Shown piece after piece: positions 19,098 through 27,165 of a DNA stretch of 64,000 nt. Below the pieces are notes generated by a model that was not told the origin of the DNA, did not search any database, and was given only the letters and a program-made list of their open reading frames with translations. This DNA is from Treponema sp. (lineage in GTDB: Bacteria > Spirochaetota > Spirochaetia > Treponematales > Breznakiellaceae), in the NCBI GenBank assembly GCA_031286205.1, contig JAITUR010000003.1, forward strand, positions 71,697 through 135,696. Reading direction: 5' to 3'. The position numbers and the translations under genes were made by a program. The stretch's first letter is position 1. Each line of letters starts with the position of its first letter.

Positions 19098-21110
19098 TTA
19101 TCGAATACTTATTACCCGCTCCAGCCCTCTAATTGCTGCTTTGTTCTGATTGTCATTCTGCAATGCCTGTCTAAACCACCGTTCCGCAGCCGCAAAATCC
19201 CGTTCTATCAAGGCAAGGTTGCCGCGATTGGTCATTGCAGGAACAGACCCCATAGCCGCAGCTATCTCGTACGAATCCTTTCCTAATTTATTATGCCCGG
19301 AACGAATCAGGACTATTCCCAAACGATTATATAAAGAGGCAGTTGAGTTTGTATTCATTTGTCTTCGCATCTCTTGTGCCATTGGATTTAATTCCTGCGC
19401 TATGTACATTCGTACAGCCCGGTTAACCTGATTTACCGCAGCTTCAGTATCTGTTCGTATAACACCTCTGTCCATTTCAGGCAAAGGCGCAGGCGGAAAA
19501 GCAGCCCAGGCAGATTCTACAATAACAAATTCTGCATCCTTGCCTGCTGTAAATGTTTCGTTAAGAACAGCAGTTCCCTGTGTCCATGCCGCTATAAATC
19601 CATCGTTAAAAGCGCTCATGGAAAGAGGCAACCATACTCTGTCGTTAATTATCAATATCCTTTCTATACCGTTAAATAAAGTTTCCGCCGCTGCCTGCCC
19701 TATGCCAAGATTTATGGCAACAAGAAAATCATCTTCCGTTTGAATAAAAGCAGAAGGAATACCTACGCCCTCGAGACAGGATGCAAAGAGCAGGGCAAGG
19801 TCGCGGCTGGAACCTGTTCTGAACAGCAAGGTTTCGGCAGGAAATTGAACATGGGTTTTATCGGTATAGGTTTCTCCCAAACTTATATTGGAAGCTCTTA
19901 AACCTTCCAAAAGCCAAATGGCATACAACATATTTTTGTTGTGCCCTATTACTTGATGCGCGCGGGAAAGCCCTGCAATAAATCTTGCAAAATTAAGTGT
20001 TTCGGGCGAAGTAGGCGAAATAAAAGCCGCATAAGCGGCAGGGTCCAATGGCTGTGCATCTGACGAAATTATTTTATTTCGATTGTGGGTTGCCACAGTT
20101 ACCGCCCTTACTGCTTCCCGCTCCTGTCCCAGAAACCGGTAACGAACAACAACTTCGCCCATAATACGGCCATCGTCGGTAAAACGAAGAATTTCAGACG
20201 AAAAATCCGCTAATAGCGGAAGCTGGACACTGCGTCCCCGCGGAATAATAGAAACAGTACCGCAGGGAAACTCCGAAGTTGTGTAAGGATCGGCGCGGAA
20301 GTACAAGCGAACATTTCGTATCTCGGCATCTTCATTGTTGCGGACAACGGCTGTCCCTATTGCGGTGCTCTGGTAAATCTGCATAAAAGCAGGATACACC
20401 GCCGACGGCTGATCCAGTATTACATGGATTCCTTCGTTACTTCTTTTGCCTGTTTGGAAAGTTATTTGCGCTGTCAATCCCGCGTAATAACCTGAATTCA
20501 TAGATCTAGTATTGCTGTTTATAAAACTTAAACCCCATCCTTCTTCGTACTGCCGCCACCCTGCATTAGCTGCAATAAGAAAGCCCGGCGTAAAACGAAA
20601 GCCAATCTCGCCGCCGCCCCGCCAAAATAATCCCGGCTGCGACAGTATAGACGACTGCGACGATTCATTTATTCCGCTTCTAACAGCAGACTGATACACG
20701 CCTATTGCCCCGTCAATGCGGGTAAAAAAACGCGACAGAGGAAAAAGATATAATCCCAAAGTGCCGCCAAAGGAATAAAAATTAACATTCATTATATTGT
20801 TTCCTTGGAAAGGATTGTCCAGCATACCGCCTTCGACGCCAAAAATAAAACTAAGACCAATGGGATTAGGCCAAGCAGAAAAAAGATCAATTTCAAAACC
20901 AATCTCGCCGCCGCCGCCCATATTGTACATACTTTTTTCGTTAGGAGTGATACTGCCGGAACCCATTGGCATAGAGGCAAAACCTTTAAGGCGAAGAGAA
21001 AATTCCGAAGCAGATAAATTAGAAAAATAAGAATTAAAAAATAAAAAAAGAGCAATGAATAGAAAGAATTTAATTGTCTGTAAACCTTCGGTTCGATGTT
21101 TATTTTTCAT
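19098..21110 (-). CDS. Secreted protein: barrel-like N-terminus, Ig-like domain, degenerate transglutaminase-like domain, C-terminal TPR
   Basis: 670 aa. Signal peptide FFLFIALFLFFNSYFSNLSA, then SEFSLRL (the paralog has SEFSLRI). Same domain order as 14397..16034, but the triad positions read GSSRDLALLF / EDDFLVAI / WLPLSMS. TPR-like tail (NRGNLALIERDFAAAERWFRQALQNDNQNKAAIRGL). Confidence 0.6.
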   Translation of the reverse strand: MKNKHRTEGLQTIKFFLFIALFLFFNSYFSNLSASEFSLRLKGFASMPMGSGSITPNEKSMYNMGGGGEIGFEIDLFSAWPNPIGLSFIFGVEGGMLDNPFQGNNIMNVNFYSFGGTLGLYLFPLSRFFTRIDGAIGVYQSAVRSGINESSQSSILSQPGLFWRGGGEIGFRFTPGFLIAANAGWRQYEEGWGLSFINSNTRSMNSGYYAGLTAQITFQTGKRSNEGIHVILDQPSAVYPAFMQIYQSTAIGTAVVRNNEDAEIRNVRLYFRADPYTTSEFPCGTVSIIPRGRSVQLPLLADFSSEILRFTDDGRIMGEVVVRYRFLGQEREAVRAVTVATHNRNKIISSDAQPLDPAAYAAFISPTSPETLNFARFIAGLSRAHQVIGHNKNMLYAIWLLEGLRASNISLGETYTDKTHVQFPAETLLFRTGSSRDLALLFASCLEGVGIPSAFIQTEDDFLVAINLGIGQAAAETLFNGIERILIINDRVWLPLSMSAFNDGFIAAWTQGTAVLNETFTAGKDAEFVIVESAWAAFPPAPLPEMDRGVIRTDTEAAVNQVNRAVRMYIAQELNPMAQEMRRQMNTNSTASLYNRLGIVLIRSGHNKLGKDSYEIAAAMGSVPAMTNRGNLALIERDFAAAERWFRQALQNDNQNKAAIRGLERVISIR

Positions 21111-21120
21111 TCTTAATTTC

Positions 21121-21861
21121 TCACTTATTTTTATTGTCTTTATTTTTTTGCGCCCTGCGGTAGAAATTGGCCTCTTTGAACACTTCCTGAATATCGTCTA
21201 TAAACACTTTATTGTCTTTTACGGTTATTTTTCCTGTCGTAAAAATTTGGCTATAGAGTTTTTGGCTTTCCGGTTCGGAGATGCCCGCCATGCCTGCAAG
21301 TTCTTTATAACCAAAACTACATTCATAGGAATTCCGCGAGTTTGGGTCTACACTGTTTTTTTCAAGTTGAGTTATTAAAGCATCCCAGATACGACCCACG
21401 GGATTTTCCAGCAAGGTATTGGCAAGCTGCCGGTACAGAAGCCAGATTCGTTCCGACATTATACTCGTTAAACGGACAACCATTTCCGGCATTTTTGTAA
21501 TTAGGTTGGAAAAGTTTGCCTGATTAATTGCCAACAGGGTGCTGTCTTCGTAAATTTCGGCGGTAGCGGCACGAGGTTTATCTTCCAGTATTGCCATCTC
21601 TCCAAAAATATCGCCTTTATTTAAAACCGCAAGCACTACTTCCTGATTGTTAACAATTTTTGTAATTTTTACCGCTCCGCTCTGAATGGTGTACAGGGTA
21701 TTTCCGCTTTCGCCTTCGGCAAAAACCAAATTATCTTTTGGATATTCCTGCACCATTATGTCAGACGAATACACGGGCATTGCAGTCTTAACAAGGGACT
21801 TTATTTTTTCTATTTTATTATTTACCTCGCTTGCATTAACCGCATTTGGGCAGCAGTCCAA
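21121..21861 (-). CDS. Crp/Fnr-family cyclic nucleotide-binding transcriptional regulator
   Basis: 246 aa. cNMP-binding beta-roll (FAEGESGNTLYTIQSGAVKI...GDIFGEMAILEDKPRAATAE). C-terminal HTH-like segment (FGYKELAGMAGISEPESQKLYSQI). Confidence 0.8.
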   Translation of the reverse strand: MDCCPNAVNASEVNNKIEKIKSLVKTAMPVYSSDIMVQEYPKDNLVFAEGESGNTLYTIQSGAVKITKIVNNQEVVLAVLNKGDIFGEMAILEDKPRAATAEIYEDSTLLAINQANFSNLITKMPEMVVRLTSIMSERIWLLYRQLANTLLENPVGRIWDALITQLEKNSVDPNSRNSYECSFGYKELAGMAGISEPESQKLYSQIFTTGKITVKDNKVFIDDIQEVFKEANFYRRAQKNKDNKNK

Positions 21862-21870
21862 ATACCTTTG

Positions 21871-22332
21871 CTACGAATATAAAGCTTGATTAAACTTTTC
21901 GTTCTTTTCGTAAAATTTTCCAATATGATATAAATGAGAAGGGTCGCTCTGCGCGCTTTTTTTTAATATCCGGATGGAAAAAGCTTCGTCCAGGCTCCGC
22001 AGCCGCTGAGAAAACAGCTTAATGGTATTAACAGCGACAGTTGGAGTTTTACGAATTAAATCCCCGTACTGTCTGCGTTCAACTACCATTAGGGCAACAT
22101 TAGTTTTTGCCTGTGCCGATTCAATATAGCTGTGTCCTGTCATTGCAGAAATAAGCCCAAACATTTCTCCTGCACCGACAATATTGCCTTCCTTTCCGGC
22201 TTCCGCCTCGCGGCTTATCTGAACCTTGCCTTCCTTGATGATGTAAAACCGATCTGCATTTGGTTTCCCTTCTACAATGATGTAGGAATCTTTGGAAAAT
22301 TTAAGAATGGAAGGTTGAAAGTTTGTAGACAT
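21871..22332 (-). CDS. Stand-alone cyclic nucleotide-binding domain protein
   Basis: I trimmed this to ATG 22332 (MSTNFQPSILKF...), which overlaps the upstream stop as TAATG. cNMP-binding motifs: IIVEGKPNADRFYIIKEGKVQI and GEMFGLISAMTGHSYIESAQA. Short TPR-like tail. Confidence 0.75.
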   Translation of the reverse strand: MSTNFQPSILKFSKDSYIIVEGKPNADRFYIIKEGKVQISREAEAGKEGNIVGAGEMFGLISAMTGHSYIESAQAKTNVALMVVERRQYGDLIRKTPTVAVNTIKLFSQRLRSLDEAFSIRILKKSAQSDPSHLYHIGKFYEKNEKFNQALYS

Positions 22333-25300
22333 TACTGTCCTCCCATTCCCCGTAGGGTTGGCCACTTATTCCTTGTAACCGGCGTACCTAAATCCCAGAT
22401 TTCCTCATTAAAACCCAAACCCCGATAAAAACTCCTGTCGATTATTTCCCATTTAATAGTCTCGCCATTTCTATTAGTAGCAGTACCTACAGGACTAGGA
22501 GTCGTTGGACTTGGGTTAGTAACATTATAATCGGTATTAAATAACAACAATCTATCTGCCACATAATTTTCCTTCCAGGCTGTACTTGTTGGTTGATTAC
22601 CAGCTATTCTACCTATAAAGTTTTGTGTGGGTGGAGAATTACTTTGCGTACTAACGAATTCTCCAAGAACAACACAAGATTCTATGTCAGAACCAATAAA
22701 TAAATAACTTATCAAACCGGCAACGCTCCCGCCGCCTATATTGCTGGTGCTTCCACTCTTGGCGGTAAATGAACCTACAGAAAAACATCGTTTTATTGTG
22801 GAGTTTGTTGTTGTATTAGAACTACCATCAGAATTTCGCACAGACCCTCCAAATCCACCGGCATCTATGAGTCCTGTGGTTACACCATCAAGTCTATCAA
22901 TCATAATATTACCGGTGGCATAACAATCTTCAATATCAACATCTGCAAAAATTACTCCTACAAAGCCGCCGGCAAAGTAGCGGTAAGATTCTTTTTCGTA
23001 AGATGTTACCGTAATAGATCCGGTCGCATAACATTGTTCTGCTGTACTATTGTTATCCATAGTTCCCGCAAACCCGCCAAATGAATGTCGGGCTTGTTCA
23101 TTTGGAGTGCCGGTTATATTATCTGTCGATCTTATGTCTACCTCGATAGAAGTAGTGCTGTAACACTTTTTTATACCGCTTTTTAGTAAACCGGCAAAGC
23201 CCCCTATCTTTAGTTGTTCCAAATTAGTTGAAGTATTAATTACAGTGCTGGTATCAACTTTTATTAGACTCAAACTTCGGCTGTTTTCAAATTCAGTAAA
23301 ATTGCCGACATCTCCTATAAAACCGCCTATAGTTACGAAATCTCCGGGACCTGTTCTTGTTCTGCTAAAACTAATAAGGCTGCCTGAGTATTCACAATTT
23401 TCAAAAGAAACCTTAGCGCCGGCACTTTCCCCCTCAGAAATGCCGCAAACTCCGCCTATCACAATTTCACCTGTGCCTGTACTTTCAACAGTGATGTCCC
23501 CGCTTGCGACTGTGCCGCGCACTATCATTAATGGAATACCATTGTTTATATTATTTATTATTTTTCCCGCCACTCCGCCAACAATAGTATCCCCGGATGC
23601 AGTATGGGCAGCAGGGATATTAATTGCAGCGCGGCTATTGCAAGAATATATCCCGGTCCCTGTCATTGTGCCAATTATTCCGCCAATAACATGATCGCCG
23701 CTGCCTGTGCCTGTCATGGCAAGGGTTCCTGAAACAACCGAATTATTTATTATACCGCCGCCTGACCCGGCAATACCCCCAAGATTAATGTGCGCGCTCG
23801 AACCAATAGTCATACCCAGGGCGGCATAGCAGTTTGCAATGGTAACGCCGGCACCTGTAGAGCCGGTTATTATCCCGGCATCAATTTCCAGTGAAGAACC
23901 AGAAAGACTTAGCGTACCTGTTCCCTTAACAATAATATTATTAATTCCGGTACTTCCCTGGGTCTGGGCAACAAGACCGCCGATGTATCTGGTATTTGCT
24001 GCCGGAATAGTGATATTTGTATTGTATTCTACTGTCAAGTCACGGATTACCGCATTGCTAACAGAACCAAAAAGCCCCCGATGAGTAGTACCGCCAAAAT
24101 CACCACTGATAATAATCGTATTCCCATTACCGTAAAACTTGCCGCTAAAGCTGCTAATAGGTGTCCAATCGCTAATAGAAACATCATTAATAAGCACATA
24201 TTGCCCGCTTGAATTACTTGCAATGTCGGCAAGCTCAGCAGCTGAGGTAATCTCCACTACTCTGTTAGTAAGGCTTACGCTCATGCCGGGAATATTCCAG
24301 ATCGATATTTCCTGCGGCACAGCATTACCTGCAGCACTATGTGCTACAACTTCTATGTCGTACCTTATTACATTACTTACCGCCTGTCCGCTGCTGACAT
24401 TGGAATTGTTTATCTGGGAAGTGTTTATTGTACGGGTAATACTGCCGGCGCCTGTAACATTTTCTCTAAGTACACCATTAACATAAAAATACGCTCCTTG
24501 CATTGTAGATGGTGTGTTCCAATTTACTGTTATCGTATTTCCTTGTGCGTTACAGTTAACATTAAGATTAGTAACAGGGTCGGTAACCGAAACTATTTTT
24601 TTTATTTTTCCAAGTTCTTCGTCTAATACATTGCCCATACGATCTGTAAACTGTACCCTAACAGTATAAATTGTGTCAAAATTTAAAATGGTATCTAAGG
24701 ATATTAAATAGCTATTGGGATCGCCATAGTCATCATAAATATCAAGCCAGCCGCTGTCGTACACTGCGCCTGGGATTAAAACTTTCCATTGCATATTTTC
24801 TTTATCGTCTCTTGTCCAAGGTTGATTCCATGCAGAAGCGGCGGATATACCCACATCATTCAGGTTATTAAGCCTGTTTAGCGAAACAGATAATTCAGGA
24901 TCTCTTCCAAAAATATAAACTCCAGTATCGGAACCCGTACCCATCGAAGTATAACCTGCGATTGTTGTAATATTTGCCGCAGATCCGGCTGCTATAGGGG
25001 CGGTAATATCCATGACCACCGTAACATAGCGCCCGGCAGCGACAGCTTCATCGACATCCTGTGCATTAATTCCGCTCGAATGCCAGGGAAGGACAACAAG
25101 ACGGATAATTCCGGATTCGCTTGTTTGCATGATATGATTAATCGTAATTGAAGTGGATGAAACATTATGTGTGGTTGGAGTATCAACGGGAGATATTTCA
25201 TTTCCGGTTAAATTGGCATAATGCCGTTCGATAATAGTAACACGATCCGGTGCTGCCGGCGCCTCTACAGGAACTTCTACACTAAAATTAATAACAGCAG

Positions 25301-26267
25301 TTCTTTTATCGCTTTGGTTAAAACGCCTGTCTATTTGAGGATTATTCCATTGCGTTCCTGAATTACGGAAAAAATTCCCGTCTTGTCTTCTTGCCTGAAT
25401 ATTATTAGCTTCGTATATCTTCTGTGCCAAGCTTGCATTTGTATTGTACATTATGCTCTGAACCCCTGCCATTTCAAAACCAAATAAATTTTTAATGCCG
25501 GGGCCTGCATCCACCCTGATACTGGACAACTGCAAATCTGTTGCAGGATATTGCCCGTCATTTTTTATGTTTAAATCCAGCCTATAATCGTTTTCGGTTA
25601 ACGACATAGTAAAATAATTTGAAATATCATCGCTTCCATCTTTGTAAACGACTATAGTATCTCCCAAAATCGCAGTTGCCGGATCTATTTTCATGTTAAA
25701 CCATAAAGAAACTCTTTGATCATAAGGATAAAAGTTTAGGGTTTGTGTAAGCGGCGGGTTGGAACGGGTAATGCGTAATCTTGTGTCACAAAATGGTACA
25801 ATTGTTACCGGCGATGTAATATCTACTGTTACCTTTGTAAAAACTGTCCCTGCCTGAATTTTTTCGATTACAAAAGCAGCTTCATTTTCTGACAGCGATA
25901 ACTCAAGTGCGTCTCCCAGCGGCATTTCCGCTATGTTGATATTTGAATAAACATCGCTTCTAAATGCAAGCCAGCCGGAAAAACCAAATCCGCCGGCAGG
26001 GGTAAACTCAACTTCAAAAGAATATCCTTTGCGTGTTTCGCCGCAGTTGCCTGTACCACGCTGCGGACTGGAACCCCAGCTTAGGGGATAATCAACAGTA
26101 ATTGTCAGCCTTTCTGCATTTGCCCATGCAATCTCGTCATGCAAAGAATCAAGAAAATCCGGATCGACTGCTCCGTTAAAAAGTTCACAAGCAGCAATTA
26201 ACAAAGAGCAAAGTAAAAAAGTAAAAAGCGGGCGAAAAAAAAACTGTCTTTCTTTATTGATTTTCAT
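22332..26267 (-). CDS. Very large surface lipoprotein with Ig/FN3-like N-terminal domains and a GLUG-motif repeat region
   Basis: 1311 aa. Signal peptide with lipobox (CSLLIAAC). About 10 GG[LIVF]xG repeats spaced 25-45 aa apart (GGLVAQ, GGIAGS, GGIIGT, GGVAGK, GGVCGI, GGFIGD, GGFAGL, GGFAGT, GGFVGV, GGFGGS), as in GLUG-motif proteins. Confidence 0.75.
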   Translation of the reverse strand: MKINKERQFFFRPLFTFLLCSLLIAACELFNGAVDPDFLDSLHDEIAWANAERLTITVDYPLSWGSSPQRGTGNCGETRKGYSFEVEFTPAGGFGFSGWLAFRSDVYSNINIAEMPLGDALELSLSENEAAFVIEKIQAGTVFTKVTVDITSPVTIVPFCDTRLRITRSNPPLTQTLNFYPYDQRVSLWFNMKIDPATAILGDTIVVYKDGSDDISNYFTMSLTENDYRLDLNIKNDGQYPATDLQLSSIRVDAGPGIKNLFGFEMAGVQSIMYNTNASLAQKIYEANNIQARRQDGNFFRNSGTQWNNPQIDRRFNQSDKRTAVINFSVEVPVEAPAAPDRVTIIERHYANLTGNEISPVDTPTTHNVSSTSITINHIMQTSESGIIRLVVLPWHSSGINAQDVDEAVAAGRYVTVVMDITAPIAAGSAANITTIAGYTSMGTGSDTGVYIFGRDPELSVSLNRLNNLNDVGISAASAWNQPWTRDDKENMQWKVLIPGAVYDSGWLDIYDDYGDPNSYLISLDTILNFDTIYTVRVQFTDRMGNVLDEELGKIKKIVSVTDPVTNLNVNCNAQGNTITVNWNTPSTMQGAYFYVNGVLRENVTGAGSITRTINTSQINNSNVSSGQAVSNVIRYDIEVVAHSAAGNAVPQEISIWNIPGMSVSLTNRVVEITSAAELADIASNSSGQYVLINDVSISDWTPISSFSGKFYGNGNTIIISGDFGGTTHRGLFGSVSNAVIRDLTVEYNTNITIPAANTRYIGGLVAQTQGSTGINNIIVKGTGTLSLSGSSLEIDAGIITGSTGAGVTIANCYAALGMTIGSSAHINLGGIAGSGGGIINNSVVSGTLAMTGTGSGDHVIGGIIGTMTGTGIYSCNSRAAINIPAAHTASGDTIVGGVAGKIINNINNGIPLMIVRGTVASGDITVESTGTGEIVIGGVCGISEGESAGAKVSFENCEYSGSLISFSRTRTGPGDFVTIGGFIGDVGNFTEFENSRSLSLIKVDTSTVINTSTNLEQLKIGGFAGLLKSGIKKCYSTTSIEVDIRSTDNITGTPNEQARHSFGGFAGTMDNNSTAEQCYATGSITVTSYEKESYRYFAGGFVGVIFADVDIEDCYATGNIMIDRLDGVTTGLIDAGGFGGSVRNSDGSSNTTTNSTIKRCFSVGSFTAKSGSTSNIGGGSVAGLISYLFIGSDIESCVVLGEFVSTQSNSPPTQNFIGRIAGNQPTSTAWKENYVADRLLLFNTDYNVTNPSPTTPSPVGTATNRNGETIKWEIIDRSFYRGLGFNEEIWDLGTPVTRNKWPTLRGMGGQ

Positions 26268-26404
26268 GGCATTCTACCCTCTCTGTTATGACAGCACCTA
26301 TATTTATAGATAATTATAAGTCAGTTAATTATCAAAAACACTGCAATTGCCGTAAACGGTTTTTTTTGCCGTGAATGATTACAGTTCTATGTTATAATAT
26401 CCTT

Positions 26405-27163
26405 ATGAAAGTCATCGTTTGCGATGATAACCCGGAAGACAGATATTATTTGCACTCTCTTATTAACAGATATTTTAAAGAAAATAACTGTCCTATAGAA
26501 ACTTCCGTTTATAAAAACGGCGAATCTCTTATTAAAGATCTTGGTATTCTAAAAACCGAGGATTTAAAAATAGCCTTTCTGGATATTTATATGCCTGGTA
26601 TAAACGGTATTAATGTTGCCAAAAAAATACGGGAAACCGATACTGATATGGCTATTATTCTTACCACTACCAGTCTAGATCATGCGCTGGACGGATATTC
26701 GGTGCAGGCGCTTCAGTATTTAGTAAAACCTGTCAGTTACACGGATGTGGAAAAAGTCCTTAATAGCTGTGCAAAAACATTTGCATCCTCGCTTAGGTTT
26801 ATAGAGGTTATATCCGACAGATTAAAGGTAAAAATTTTGTTAAAAGATATTCTGTATATAGAAATTTATGATCATACCTGCTATATACATACCATGCCGC
26901 AAACTGAAGATATAAAAACCAAGGGTTGTAAAATAATAGAAAGCAGCCGCCTTACGCTTCAGGAAGTTGAACGACATCTTGATAAAACCAACTTTCTAAA
27001 AACTCACCGCAGCTTTATTGTAAATTTACGGTATGTAAAAAATGTTAACGAAAATAATTTTGAACTTACAAGCGGCGCAACTATACCTATCCGCAGAAAC
27101 AACAAATTGGCTGTAAAGCAGGCGTACATGGATTATTTATTTACGCAAACAAGGGATATGTAA
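26405..27163 (+). CDS. LytTR-family (LytR/AlgR/AgrA-type) response regulator
   Basis: I trimmed this to MKVIVCDDNPEDR. Receiver domain (IAFLDIYMPGINGI, YLVKP). C-terminal LytTR-like DNA-binding domain (FLKTHRSFIVNLRYVKNV). Confidence 0.85.
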   Translation: MKVIVCDDNPEDRYYLHSLINRYFKENNCPIETSVYKNGESLIKDLGILKTEDLKIAFLDIYMPGINGINVAKKIRETDTDMAIILTTTSLDHALDGYSVQALQYLVKPVSYTDVEKVLNSCAKTFASSLRFIEVISDRLKVKILLKDILYIEIYDHTCYIHTMPQTEDIKTKGCKIIESSRLTLQEVERHLDKTNFLKTHRSFIVNLRYVKNVNENNFELTSGATIPIRRNNKLAVKQAYMDYLFTQTRDM

Positions 27164-27165
27164 TT

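Noticed and set aside
14397-22332. Interpreting cyclase plus cNMP-binding genes as a CBASS/Pycsar-like anti-phage signalling system
   Set aside because: The cyclases are large membrane sensor class III enzymes (CHASE2 or Cache/HAMP inputs). The cNMP-binding proteins are Crp-like or stand-alone, with no TIR, TM-pore, nuclease or other effector domain. There is no phage or island context.
23245-24486. Several 80-150-aa plus-strand ORFs inside the GLUG protein gene (for example 23245..23694)
   Set aside because: They are Pro/Ile/Thr-rich antisense translations of Gly-rich repeat DNA and lie entirely within a well-supported 1311-aa gene.
26351-26370. ccgt-aa-acgg followed by a T8 run upstream of the LytTR regulator gene
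   Set aside because: A 4-bp stem is too weak for an intrinsic terminator. More likely it is just a T-tract within promoter DNA.
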